Origin: Armatimonadota bacterium
GTDB lineage: Bacteria; Armatimonadota; HRBIN16
Direction of reading: 5' to 3'
NCBI GenBank assembly: GCA_963677485.1
Contig: OY781964.1
Span: forward strand, 2,880,001 to 2,944,000
Length of the DNA stretch: 64,000 nt
The translations under genes were made by a program, and so were the position numbers. This document shows, one piece after another, positions 50,946 through 61,130 of this stretch (its first letter is position 1; each line of letters opens with the position of its first letter). A model generated the notes under the pieces. It was not told the DNA's origin and did no database searches. It saw only the letters and a program-made list of their open reading frames with translations.

Positions 50946-52460
50946 TTACCGCTCCCATCTCAGCATGATGTCCCAGCCATCTTCACTGCGCTGACGCTCG
51001 GACTTCGATTTGCCGCCATCGTCCTTGAAATCCTCGCCGACGCTGTAGACCTTGAACCCCTTGGTGGTACGTTTGTAAACGAAATCCTTACCGTTGAAGG
51101 GATCCATCGGGATATCCGATATGCCCATCGATCGCACCAGCGCCATCGTCTCAGGGTACTGGCTGTGGCTTGCTTTATATTGCTGTGCTGCCATAAGTAT
51201 CTGCGTCAAGGCTGTCTTCGCACGGGTGGCATGGGGTTTCATGACTACAGATGTAAACATGGGAATCATGGCTGCTACCATAGGGGCATAACTCGGAACG
51301 CTGGTTTCGACCTTATTCAACTCATCCTGCTGTTGCTTTGCATTGGGATACCGCTTCTCAGCGATGGCGATTGTTTGTGACATCACACGCAGTCCCGTGA
51401 CGCCGTAAAAATAAGCTACCGGACGCAACAGATAGCCAAGCATCGAATCACCATGTTGTGCATCTTTCGAGCTCCCTCCACTGATTCCTTTAAGGCCTTC
51501 AGGCATGAGTATGCTGTACATACGATTTGCCATCGTCAAGCTCAAAGCTCTCTCGCCTTGCAGACCATATACAAGCTGGCTCTCCAGCCTCGGACTTTTT
51601 AACAGACGATTTAGCTTAGCTGCCTGAGCTGGTGTAGGATTACCATACTCCAGAACCTTTTGTAGACCGGAATTAGCTATTTCGACATACGAAAGCAACC
51701 TGAAAACGGCGACCACGCTCTGTTCTTTACGATTAACTTGGGCGGTGGCGAAGGCGAGGCTGATCTTCTCAATCGCCTGACCCATCTTTCCGTCATGCGC
51801 ATCAACTACTGCGAGGGCCGAAAGCACACTGACAAGATAGCGTAAACCGGCATAATGCTTGGGTGTGGCCAACGAATCTGGATTGGTATCCATTGGAAAC
51901 TGGCAGTCTGGCCGAGACAGAACCTCCCGTGTGATCGGAACCACACCGGCGACTTGCTTCGCCGCCTGTATGACCTCGAGCCATGGTGTGGGACCCTTTT
52001 CCATACGTTGCGGTGCTTGGATCGGTGGCATGACTGGCACACCCGGGGGAGTTTGTGTCATCGGCAATACTGGCATCGGTGGCTTGAAGGTCGCTGATTT
52101 GCTCTTGCCGGCAACTGGCCGTTTACCAGACATCATGTATCTGAGTGTATCGGTAGCCTTCTCACCATCTTTACTCTCGAGAATCTTGAACGCTTTTGCG
52201 AACACGACCGCACCGTTTCGCTTGTCAGGCACCGCTGGCCTGACAAGATCAGCAGCCGTGACTGGCTGACCTTGTGCCCTCAAGGTCGTGATCTCCGCTA
52301 CGAACCGCCGCTCGAGCAGATAGGTCGTTAAGCTGTAGCATACGACCAGTACCAGCACCAGGCCAAGAACTAGTTTCCAGCCATTGAAGTAAAACCAGCG
52401 GATACCTTTTCCGGTCGATTGCAAGATTCGGTTTGTTCGAGATGGTTCGGTCTGGCTCAT
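50946..52460 (-). CDS. Membrane-anchored helical protein with GspG-like C-terminal motif (paralog 1)
   Basis: N-terminal TM; YPETMA...IPMDPFNGKDFVY...VYSVGEDFKDDGG. Confidence 0.85.
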   Translation of the reverse strand: MSQTEPSRTNRILQSTGKGIRWFYFNGWKLVLGLVLVLVVCYSLTTYLLERRFVAEITTLRAQGQPVTAADLVRPAVPDKRNGAVVFAKAFKILESKDGEKATDTLRYMMSGKRPVAGKSKSATFKPPMPVLPMTQTPPGVPVMPPIQAPQRMEKGPTPWLEVIQAAKQVAGVVPITREVLSRPDCQFPMDTNPDSLATPKHYAGLRYLVSVLSALAVVDAHDGKMGQAIEKISLAFATAQVNRKEQSVVAVFRLLSYVEIANSGLQKVLEYGNPTPAQAAKLNRLLKSPRLESQLVYGLQGERALSLTMANRMYSILMPEGLKGISGGSSKDAQHGDSMLGYLLRPVAYFYGVTGLRVMSQTIAIAEKRYPNAKQQQDELNKVETSVPSYAPMVAAMIPMFTSVVMKPHATRAKTALTQILMAAQQYKASHSQYPETMALVRSMGISDIPMDPFNGKDFVYKRTTKGFKVYSVGEDFKDDGGKSKSERQRSEDGWDIMLRWER

Positions 52461-52537
52461 TTTGGTCTTCCTTTGTTTTGGTATCTGGTCATATAACGCG
52501 GGCTTACCGCGGGTTTCGTCACATGTATTGTAACTCT

Positions 52538-52731
52538 CAGCCCCCGTGCCGCGGGTTTAGTCACTCACACACGACTGTGTTCCGGGAGCTGACGCTCCGG
52601 GAACTGCGTTCGGTGCGGGTTCCTGCACCGCGCGGCTGATCATTATCGGCCTGCGTCGCTCCGCTCCGGCAGGCGGGTGGCCCTCCCAATCCGTGTTATC
52701 CACATAATCCGTGTAATTCGTGGTTCAGACA
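52538..52731 (+). repeat. Partial multi-hairpin element (277-type) fused to gtggttcagac module
   Basis: Matches 16074-16227 closely (gttccgggagctgacgctcc.ggaac; gggttcctgcaccgc.cggctgatcatta). Confidence 0.85.
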
Positions 52732-52775
52732 TGAAACCCAATCGTGGCTGATCGCCTTTGCCCGCCCCGCACCGT

Positions 52776-54155
52776 CTATTGTTCCCACCTGAGCACGATG
52801 TCGCGGTTGTACGTGCTCGAACTACAAGACAACCCGCCGTCATCTGTGAAGTCAGGTCCGACGCTATAGACCGTAAACCCCTTGGCGGTTCGCTTGTAGA
52901 CGAAGTCCCTGTCGCTGAAGGGGTCCATCGGGATATCAGCCAATCCCACCGATCGCACCTGCGCCATCGTCTCAGGGTATTGACCGTGGCCCGTTTTATA
53001 CCTCTGTGCGGCCAGAAGTATCTGGGTCAAGGCCGTCTCAGCTCGGGTAGCCAGGCATCTCTGGCCATATGGATAAGCGGTTAAGAAGACCAAACTGTAC
53101 ACACGCGTTGGATACCCATCGATTGCCGATTTCTTCATCCTCTTTTGCTGGGCAGCATTGGGATACGGTTTTGTATTCATGGCGATATTGATGGACATCC
53201 ACTTCAGATAGGCAAGACCGTCGGCAAAAACTGTAGGGAGCATCGCGTAGTCAAACATGCGAGTCGAAAATGACGGCTTCTCTGGGGTTTCATCCTCACA
53301 ACATATACTGACCAATCCTTTTTGGAACACCTGTTGATACATATCCAGGCCTTTGGCCCGATCCCATATCATCGCAGTGGTATGTTCAGGCCGGTAGTCG
53401 GTATGCGACAGCAGACTATTAAAATCCTCGCACTGCCTGACACTGAGCTTACCATACCGCGTGATACCACGCAAGCCCCTATTAGCCGCAAGGGTAGCAC
53501 TCAGCATGGTTAGTACCCCCGTGCTTGATGGCTCTCTTATGGTGGCTTGTGCTACTTTGAACGCCAAACCAATCTTGTAGACAGCCTGCTCCATCTGCCC
53601 ATCATGTGCATCAACCATAGCCATACCAGCCAATATGGACACGATATTTACCATCCCGTCATGATGCCTGATCTTTTCCATCTTCTGCTTCCGCCAGTCT
53701 GTGGCGAAACGACAATCTGGCCGAAGGAGTGCCTCTTTTACTAATGGAACCAGGCTTGAGAGGCTCTTTGCAGCTTGATTAGCTTCAGCCCAATCAGCAT
53801 CTAGTGAGTAGGGCGAATTCACCCTGGCGAACCTGGATATGCTCATCAGGGTGTTCATGGCCTCGCTGTTTTTCCTGCTGTTTTGCTGGCTGTTAATCAG
53901 CGGAAAGGCTTCCGCGTAGATTGGTGCCGCGTTCTGGCTTTCTGGCAGACTGGCAGGTCGGTATTCCGCCATCGACACATGATACCCCTGCGACCTCAGC
54001 AACTCGATCTCGGCTCTGTACTGCATCTGCATTTCCAGCAACCAGGCTCCATGCGTGATGGTCGCCACAAGCAGGACGCCAAGGGTTAGCCAGCGTAATT
54101 TCCTTGTCAAAGCGGTCGAGTAATCCTTATGTATTCGCACTCCTGTCACTCCCAC
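52776..54155 (-). CDS. Membrane-anchored helical protein with GspG-like C-terminal motif (paralog 2)
   Basis: SQNAAPIY; TALTQILLAAQRYK...PMDPFS...VYSVGPDFTDDGG; GTG start at 54155 or 54140. Confidence 0.85.
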   Translation of the reverse strand: MGVTGVRIHKDYSTALTRKLRWLTLGVLLVATITHGAWLLEMQMQYRAEIELLRSQGYHVSMAEYRPASLPESQNAAPIYAEAFPLINSQQNSRKNSEAMNTLMSISRFARVNSPYSLDADWAEANQAAKSLSSLVPLVKEALLRPDCRFATDWRKQKMEKIRHHDGMVNIVSILAGMAMVDAHDGQMEQAVYKIGLAFKVAQATIREPSSTGVLTMLSATLAANRGLRGITRYGKLSVRQCEDFNSLLSHTDYRPEHTTAMIWDRAKGLDMYQQVFQKGLVSICCEDETPEKPSFSTRMFDYAMLPTVFADGLAYLKWMSINIAMNTKPYPNAAQQKRMKKSAIDGYPTRVYSLVFLTAYPYGQRCLATRAETALTQILLAAQRYKTGHGQYPETMAQVRSVGLADIPMDPFSDRDFVYKRTAKGFTVYSVGPDFTDDGGLSCSSSTYNRDIVLRWEQ

Positions 54156-55531
54156 TTCAACACGATGTCGCCGCCCTTGTTGCTCTGGCGTTTGTCCACC
54201 GGCCGACCTCCATCGTCTTTGAAGTCCTCACCGATGCTGTAGACCGTAAACCCCTTGGCAGTGCGCCTGTAGATGAACTCCTTGCCGCTGAAGGGGTCCA
54301 TCGGGATATCCGCTATACCTGCTGACCTCACTTGGGCCATGGTCTCAGGATACTGGCCGTTGCTTGCTTTATATCTCTGGGCGGCTAGAAGAATCTGGGT
54401 CAAGGCAGTTCGTGCGCGAGTGGAATCGAGTTTCAGAGCACCCGTGCTATATACAGGGCACAGAATGAGGGCGGTCATCGCATAGCGTGGAATGCTATTT
54501 GAGACTGCCGAAAAGGCCATCTGCTGCTGTTTTACGTTACCATCACGTTTTTCCAGAATAGCGAGATACTTCGACATCACCTGTGTATAAATCACTCCAT
54601 CGGCATATATGAGCGGTCGCGCTAGACTGATCAAGGCTTGCAGCTTATACCGATCGGGTTCTGGGTTATCGTAAGATGAAATGAAGTTGCCATAGATCAC
54701 TGCAACAAATGATCGGTCATCATAATATGGGTTATTGAACCCTGACAGTCCGACAGCCCTCTCACCCTTAAGAGAGTTCACCATACTACCTTCGTAGTTG
54801 GTGTCGGCCAAAAGCTTATTTAGTTCTACAGTCTGTTTTTCGTTCGGCTTACCACATTTGATGACACCCACCAACCCTTTGTTGGCAAATTCGGTGCAGG
54901 CCAGGGTGACGAGAGTGCTGATCAGCGAGGGCTCATTTCTACACACTTTGGCGGCTTTGAAAGCCAGCATGATCTTACGGTAAGCCTCATCCATCCGGCC
55001 ATACTGCGCGTCGATCACCGCAGCCATTGATAGCACCTTAACCAGGGAGCGCAGGCTGCCCAAATGCCCAAACGACGCACGAGCACCCTCAACCCATTTG
55101 ATGGGGAATTGGCAACTCGGACGAGACAGAGCCACTTCTGTTAAAGGCACCACTGCGCCAAGCTCCATCGCTGCCCGCTGACCTTCTGGCCATGGAACAG
55201 GCGGGTTCATCTTGCCAAGAAGCTCCACTGCCTTTTTGCCCTCTTTAGTCTCAAGCAGCTTGAAGGCCTTCTCAAACTGGATCGCACCGTTCTGACTGTC
55301 TGGCAGCTTAGAGCCCGCCAGTTCGGCTGACGACACAGGTTCACCTTTGGCCTTGATCGCACGCACTCCCGCGTCAAAATGCATCTTGAAGGCTAGCACC
55401 AGCAGTCCGTGGGCAACGACCAAGAACAACACAATCCCAAGCAACAGCCTCCAACCCTTGTGCTGCAGCCACTGCCGTGATCCTCGGCTGGTTCGTAGTT
55501 CGTTCGGTGATGATGGTTCTGTCTGGCTCAT
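54146..55531 (-). CDS. Membrane-anchored helical protein with GspG-like C-terminal motif (paralog 3)
   Basis: Starts MSQTEPS like paralog 1 (GAGGA RBS); same C-terminal block. Confidence 0.85.
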   Translation of the reverse strand: MSQTEPSSPNELRTSRGSRQWLQHKGWRLLLGIVLFLVVAHGLLVLAFKMHFDAGVRAIKAKGEPVSSAELAGSKLPDSQNGAIQFEKAFKLLETKEGKKAVELLGKMNPPVPWPEGQRAAMELGAVVPLTEVALSRPSCQFPIKWVEGARASFGHLGSLRSLVKVLSMAAVIDAQYGRMDEAYRKIMLAFKAAKVCRNEPSLISTLVTLACTEFANKGLVGVIKCGKPNEKQTVELNKLLADTNYEGSMVNSLKGERAVGLSGFNNPYYDDRSFVAVIYGNFISSYDNPEPDRYKLQALISLARPLIYADGVIYTQVMSKYLAILEKRDGNVKQQQMAFSAVSNSIPRYAMTALILCPVYSTGALKLDSTRARTALTQILLAAQRYKASNGQYPETMAQVRSAGIADIPMDPFSGKEFIYRRTAKGFTVYSIGEDFKDDGGRPVDKRQSNKGGDIVLKWE

Positions 55532-55579
55532 GTTCGTGTCCTCTTTGGTTGGTATCTGACCAAATATCGTTGCCGTCGC

Positions 55580-55991
55580 CCGCCCGTTGGAGCGAAGGTA
55601 GCACGGATTCGTAGGGGTGGCCCTTGTGGCCATCCGAAATCCCAATGCCGATGATCGCAACAGTAGCGTGCATGGCCTCCCGTTAACGCCCGCCGGTACG
55701 CGGGCCGGTAATGATCAGCGATGGGTGACAGTGCCCGTACCGGGACGAAGTCACGGACGGGCCACGGAACCCGTCGCCAATGGCTGGTAGCCTACATCGA
55801 AGCTCTCAGCCCACGCTGCCGCGGGTTTAGTCACCCCACGGGACTGGCGTCCCTAAACGGGGTTCCCTCACCGCGCGTCTACTAAATCGCAGCCCGCAAG
55901 CGGGCGCAGGGTGCCCTCCGCCAGCGCCCGCAGTAGAGCGGGCCGTGTAGGGGCGATTCGCGAATCGCCCTGGGTGATGGAGCCCGTCGAC
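55580..55991 (+). repeat. Chimeric multi-hairpin element cluster with GTAG REPs
   Basis: 55686-55780 matches the 277-type, 55817-55933 matches the 215-type; REPs at 55611 and 55947. Confidence 0.88.
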
Positions 55992-56073
55992 TGTTATATC
56001 CTGGAATCGAACCAAAATTACCGTTGCAACCAGGCCGTAGTCCAGCGTTGTGCAGACATATGACAAGGCGGAG

Positions 56074-56445
56074 TTAGGTGGCCGACTCTTCCTTAGGATT
56101 AGGGCCCCACTTGTTGTCACCAGGTTTACTGTCCTCAGCCATGAACACGATAAGCACCACTGCTCCTAGCAGAAACGCATATGGGATGAGTGGTAATAAC
56201 CCAAACCAGCCACTGCGGCCGGTATCATGGAGACGCCGTACACAAACAGCTACACTGGGTGTCAGGATGGCGAGACAGAACAGGATGGCGATAATATCAA
56301 TTACCTCACCAACGAAAGCCATACGAGCGATCCCTAGTAATGCAAGAACCACTATGTTTATGAGCATGAAATGCCAAAACTCGGATCGACGCGCACGACC
56401 CGTAAAGATCGCGTATTTCCGGAGAACTTTCATGTACCAGTTCAT
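56074..56445 (-). CDS. DUF805 family inner-membrane protein (YhaH-like)
   Basis: MNWY...KYAIFTGRARRSEFW; AVCVRRLHDTGRSGW; NKWGPNPK. Confidence 0.93.
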   Translation of the reverse strand: MNWYMKVLRKYAIFTGRARRSEFWHFMLINIVVLALLGIARMAFVGEVIDIIAILFCLAILTPSVAVCVRRLHDTGRSGWFGLLPLIPYAFLLGAVVLIVFMAEDSKPGDNKWGPNPKEESAT

Positions 56446-56737
56446 ATTTACCTCGTGGCGAAACTCGTCTGTTCAAAATACGAGATGGTCAGCACCGTAA
56501 GGCCGACATGGGATGGGCCATGGAAATACGGTTCTGCCGATATGATGATATCATTCGCTAGCATAGGGCTGATATCCTTCTTTTCTGCCGGACATGCTGC
56601 ACCCCAATCTGGCTGATGCGACGAACGTGATGGCCTACTCCGACGGGCAGGATTACCGCACACACACACGAAACCTAACCACAGGCACTCGATATACTAA
56701 TAGGTATCGGCATAGAACCCACAGGAGCGAGCACAAA

Positions 56738-58477
56738 ATGAGCCCATATAGCATCGAAAAACTGATTGTAACAATTCACACAGCACTCATATTCACCGCA
56801 TCGGTCGCGGCATTCGCTGCGAGTGGGGACATCACCCGCAAAACGCTCTGGAACTTCGAGGATTACCGAAACCTGCCGTTCGATGTCGAAACTATCTCCA
56901 CTCGCGATGACAAAGGCTACCGAGTCAGCGAGCTATACTTCACCAGCGAACAAACCCCAAATGGGCCAAACCGCATCTTCTGCGCATTTGCAAGGCCGAT
57001 CCAGCCATCCAAGCCCGTGCCGGCGTTGATCATGATCCATGGCGGAGGAGGGCATTCGGATACAGCCGGCGCGCTCTGGGCCGCCCAGGCTTATCATTGC
57101 GCTGTCATCCATGTCGACTGGAGCGGCGAATCCATCCCTGGACCGGCGCACTACACAAAATGGTGCAGCAGGTATACCGCCTTGGCCACCATGACCACTA
57201 ACCCGCGTGAGAACATGCTTTATCACATCGTGCTGGCCTTGCACCGTGCTTTGGACTATATGGCCGAGCAACCGGAAGTGAACATGTCCAAAGTGGCAGC
57301 CTTCGGCGGATCCTGGGGCGGCTATCTGTCCCTGCTGCTGGCTGGTGCGGACCCCCGGGTCGGATGCGTGATGTCCGCCTACGGAGCAGGGGGCTGGGAG
57401 AAGTCGCACAGTGCTCTGAGTGGGGGTATCGAGCAACTGCCTGCAGAGTTGAAAGCGCAATGGTTCGAACTCTACGACACCATAGCTTACGCGAAACAGA
57501 CCAAAGCCGCCGTTCTGATGACCACCTCTGCAAATGACTTCTATTTTTGGCTGGGCGGGCTGATGGAGCACTACAAAAAGCTGCCAAGCAAGAAGCAGCT
57601 TGTCATCGTGCCGAATGGCGACCACGGCACCGGAGGCCCTCGCTGGACCGATGCCGCGTGGCCTTGGGTTCAGCAGTACTTCGAGGGTAAAGATGAGTTC
57701 CCGAGTGTGACCCCAGGTTCGCTGAAAAGAAGGGGGAACACATACTCCTGGAGCAGCAAGGGCACCAAGCCCATCAAAAATGCGGTGTTCAGCTTTAGCC
57801 TAGGCAAGCTGGATTGGCCCTGCAGGTACTGGGTTGAGGTGGCGGCGCACCGGCACGGTAACACGTGGGAGGCGGAGCTTCCCAATCAGTTTGTCGGTAT
57901 GGCGGGGGAAGCATACGCCACGGTTTTCGATGCAGAGGGTCTTCCCGGCTCCAGCACGACGGTTTCCTGCAACGGCCTCGACCCATCCACTCAGCCTGTC
58001 GCGCTCTGGCCAGGTGAGAATCTGTGGGACAAAGCCCGCGGGGCAGAGGCCTGGCGAACCTACATCCACGAGCCATTGAGCATAACTGCACTGCCAACGG
58101 GGGCCTTTACCATCGGGCCGGGGGCTGGCAGCACCCACTTTACGGCGGTCACCAACAGCGTGATACTCGCAAGTGCCCGGGCTAAGGATTACGCGGGCCT
58201 TCGGCTGACACTGAACGCAGTCACAGACGGTCAGCTTCATGTCAGGCTGTGCCGTTACACCCGTACCAACCGTGAGCAGGCCTGCATCGCGGAGGTCAAC
58301 TATAAGGCTGGTAAGGCCGCGTTCGATCTACCCTGGTCATTTTCCACACCTCAAGCCGGAGCTGCGCCTTTGCCTGCTCCCTTCGACGGTCTGGTGCTGG
58401 AGGGCACCCGAGCAGAAGGTTCCCCGATCACCGTCGAGTCACTTGAGCTCATGCCGAAGGGATGGGGCCACCTCTAG
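56738..58477 (+). CDS. Secreted alpha/beta hydrolase (acetyl-xylan-esterase-like) with C-terminal beta-sandwich
   Basis: IHGGGG, GGSWGG nucleophile, NDFYF, PNGDH; AGGAG RBS. Confidence 0.85.
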   Translation: MSPYSIEKLIVTIHTALIFTASVAAFAASGDITRKTLWNFEDYRNLPFDVETISTRDDKGYRVSELYFTSEQTPNGPNRIFCAFARPIQPSKPVPALIMIHGGGGHSDTAGALWAAQAYHCAVIHVDWSGESIPGPAHYTKWCSRYTALATMTTNPRENMLYHIVLALHRALDYMAEQPEVNMSKVAAFGGSWGGYLSLLLAGADPRVGCVMSAYGAGGWEKSHSALSGGIEQLPAELKAQWFELYDTIAYAKQTKAAVLMTTSANDFYFWLGGLMEHYKKLPSKKQLVIVPNGDHGTGGPRWTDAAWPWVQQYFEGKDEFPSVTPGSLKRRGNTYSWSSKGTKPIKNAVFSFSLGKLDWPCRYWVEVAAHRHGNTWEAELPNQFVGMAGEAYATVFDAEGLPGSSTTVSCNGLDPSTQPVALWPGENLWDKARGAEAWRTYIHEPLSITALPTGAFTIGPGAGSTHFTAVTNSVILASARAKDYAGLRLTLNAVTDGQLHVRLCRYTRTNREQACIAEVNYKAGKAAFDLPWSFSTPQAGAAPLPAPFDGLVLEGTRAEGSPITVESLELMPKGWGHL

Positions 58478-58700
58478 CGTACCGTCAGACCACGCCGGTA
58501 ATAGTCTGAACCACGGATTTCACGGATGGAGAGGGAGGCCAATTAGGAGATTGGCGTTCGCAGGGTTGCGCCCTTGAATGGCATTCCCATCCGTATCATC
58601 CTGTAAGTCCGTGTAATCCGTGGTTCAGACAACAACCCGCCTTTTGCGTTGGAACAACCACATACATCATCAATCTGTGTAATCTGCGTAATCTGTGGAT
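58474..58700. repeat. Composite repeat including 16 bp TIR element (58504-58630)
   Basis: gtctgaaccacggatt ... aatccgtggttcagac; followed by aatctgtgtaatctgcgtaatctgtggat. Confidence 0.85.
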
Positions 58701-58838
58701 TACCATTCTCCGCGACAGCCGTCCACAACCCATCAACACACCGTTTTGGTAAACTCATATGTGTAGTGCTGCCCGGCGCATGATACAATTTGTTCCCACG
58801 CCGGTGCTGGCACGGCGACTCGTCGTGAAGAGGCGGTT

Positions 58839-61121
58839 ATGAGACAGCAATCATCAAGACCCAAGCCTGCTCGGTCAGATGACCAGCACATTCGCCGGAT
58901 CATAGACATCGGCGGGATCATCCTAGTCACCCTCGGTGCCATCATGATGGTCAGCCTGCTCACCTCCAACAGCGGTGTGCTGGGTGCGGGCATCGAAAGC
59001 GTGCTGCGCGGCTTTGCGGGTATCGGCGCATTTGTCCTCCCGCCCATCGTCATGCTGATGGGTGTGCTGCTGCTTCTCGGTAAAACGGAGTTCGAATTCG
59101 GCCACACCTACTGGGGCCTGGGTCTGGCACTGCTGGCGGTCACCGGCTGGGCCACCCTGCCTTTGCGTTTCGATCAGCTCTACTTCCCCGAGATGTACCG
59201 TGCGCATGGCGGTCTGATGGGCTCCTCGCTGCTCTGGGTGCTGCTCAGCCTGGTGGGGCGCGTGGGCACTGGAGTCGTGCTCACCGCATTTTGCCTGGTA
59301 GCGTTCCTTCTGACTTTCGATATCCCCGCCATTGCGCTCATCACCAGAGGAGTGAGCAGTTGGCGCAATGGCATGACCACTGCCCGTAAAGGGGCTCAGA
59401 CCGTGAAGCGGAATGCCCAGCGCATCCCTACCGTGCGCGAGATGGCCCAAAACATCAAGCTGCAGAAGAGCACCCCCAAGCCAGTTGCGGCACTTTATAC
59501 ACCACCAGTGGGCGACCTCCCCGCTGCAGAGCTTGCCGCGGATGGGCCTGCGGTCATCAATGATGATATGCCCGCACCGGCCGCCGCGCGGCGTACTCGG
59601 GGGGCGCGTGGTTCCAAAGCCCAGCCGGAGTCGGCGGACGGCACCGCCACCGCTGTGCAGCAAGAAATCGACTTCAACGATGTCGAGGGCTTCATTCTAC
59701 CGTCACTCGACCTTCTAAAACCCAGCCCGCCGGCGCCGAAACGCCAGGATGAAGAGGTACAGAAGAAAATAAAGGTGCTGGAGAGCACACTGGAGCAGTT
59801 CGGCATCGAGGCCACAGTAGCCGAGGTGGCCAGCGGACCCACAGTCACCCGCTACGAAATACTGCTCGGACCAGGCGTGCGCGTCAGCAAGATTGTCAGC
59901 CTCGCCGATAACATCGCTATGGCTTTGGCTGCGATTGATGTGCGTGTGGAGGCACCCATCCCAGGAAAATCGGCCATCGGCGTGGAGGTGCCCAACGACA
60001 ACCCGCGTATGGTCACCCTGCGAGAGCTCATGGAAGACGAAGGGTTCCGGCGTTCCAGCTCCCTGCTGACTTTTGCTCTGGGCCGTGATGTGGCGAATGT
60101 GCCTCACTGCGCCGACCTGACGAAGATGCCCCACCTGCTCATCGGTGGCTCTACGAACTCCGGCAAGTCGATCTGCCTGAACACGCTGATCTGCAGCTGG
60201 CTCTACCGCGCCACCCCAAAACAGGTCAAGCTGATTCTCATCGACCCCAAGCGTGTCGAGCTGTCGCTATTTGAGGGCATCCCGCACCTCGCCTGTCCGG
60301 TTGTCAAGGATGTGAAGCAGGCCGCCGGTGTGTTGAAGGCAGCCATCAAGGAGATGGACCGTCGGTATACCATGTTCAGCAACATGCGCACCCGCAACAT
60401 TGAGGGCTACAACAGCCGTTGTGAACCCGAGGAAAAGCTGCCCTACGTGGTCATCGTGATCGACGAGTTGGCCGATATGATGATGCAGGTCGGCGCGGAG
60501 GTAGAGGCGAGCATCTGCCGTCTGGCCCAACTGGCGCGCGCGACGGGTATTCATCTGGTCATCGCCACGCAGCGCCCGAGTGTGAATGTCATTACAGGGT
60601 TGATCAAGGCGAACATCTCCTCGCGGCTGGCTTTTGCGGTCAGCAGTGGCATCGACAGCCGCACTATTTTAGACATGTCTGGGGCTGAGCGACTGATTGG
60701 CAAGGGCGATATGCTGTTCATGCCCATCGACGCCAATAAGCCGGTCCGTCTGCAGGGCTGTTTCGTGTCTGAAACCGAAGTAAATGACCTCTGTAAATAC
60801 TTGAAAACACAGGGGCTGCCTGAATACACCATCATGCCGATGGAGAGCAGCGAACACGAACAAGGTGAGTTTGAGGAGCCTGAAAGCGACGAGCTGTTTG
60901 AGGCTGCGGTGCGTCTGGTTGTGATGAACGGGCAGGCCAGCACCAGCATGCTGCAGCGGCGCTTCCGGGTGGGCTACACGCGAGCCGCCCGGCTGGTGGA
61001 TATGATGGAGGCACGCGGCATCGTGGGTGCGCTGGAAGGTGCCAAACCGCGGGAGATACTGATGAGCCGAGACGAAGTTGAGCATATGTTCAGCGATGAT
61101 GACACAGACGAAACAGGGTAA
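58839..61121 (+). CDS. ftsK: DNA translocase FtsK
   Basis: N-terminal TMs; GPTVTRYE, PIPGKSAIGVEVPN, GSTNSGKS, IDELAD, ATQRPSV, C-terminal gamma domain. Confidence 0.97.
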   Translation: MRQQSSRPKPARSDDQHIRRIIDIGGIILVTLGAIMMVSLLTSNSGVLGAGIESVLRGFAGIGAFVLPPIVMLMGVLLLLGKTEFEFGHTYWGLGLALLAVTGWATLPLRFDQLYFPEMYRAHGGLMGSSLLWVLLSLVGRVGTGVVLTAFCLVAFLLTFDIPAIALITRGVSSWRNGMTTARKGAQTVKRNAQRIPTVREMAQNIKLQKSTPKPVAALYTPPVGDLPAAELAADGPAVINDDMPAPAAARRTRGARGSKAQPESADGTATAVQQEIDFNDVEGFILPSLDLLKPSPPAPKRQDEEVQKKIKVLESTLEQFGIEATVAEVASGPTVTRYEILLGPGVRVSKIVSLADNIAMALAAIDVRVEAPIPGKSAIGVEVPNDNPRMVTLRELMEDEGFRRSSSLLTFALGRDVANVPHCADLTKMPHLLIGGSTNSGKSICLNTLICSWLYRATPKQVKLILIDPKRVELSLFEGIPHLACPVVKDVKQAAGVLKAAIKEMDRRYTMFSNMRTRNIEGYNSRCEPEEKLPYVVIVIDELADMMMQVGAEVEASICRLAQLARATGIHLVIATQRPSVNVITGLIKANISSRLAFAVSSGIDSRTILDMSGAERLIGKGDMLFMPIDANKPVRLQGCFVSETEVNDLCKYLKTQGLPEYTIMPMESSEHEQGEFEEPESDELFEAAVRLVVMNGQASTSMLQRRFRVGYTRAARLVDMMEARGIVGALEGAKPREILMSRDEVEHMFSDDDTDETG

Positions 61122-61130
61122 ACTGGTAAT

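Noticed and set aside
52776-54420. Diversity-generating retroelement TR/VR pair in the paralog tails
   Set aside because: Differences are mostly synonymous and involve all bases, not adenine-specific; no reverse transcriptase in the window.
50587-55991. Integron cassette array with attC sites
   Set aside because: Elements lack paired RYYYAAC/GTTRRRY ends, paralogs 2 and 3 have no element between them, and there is no integrase.
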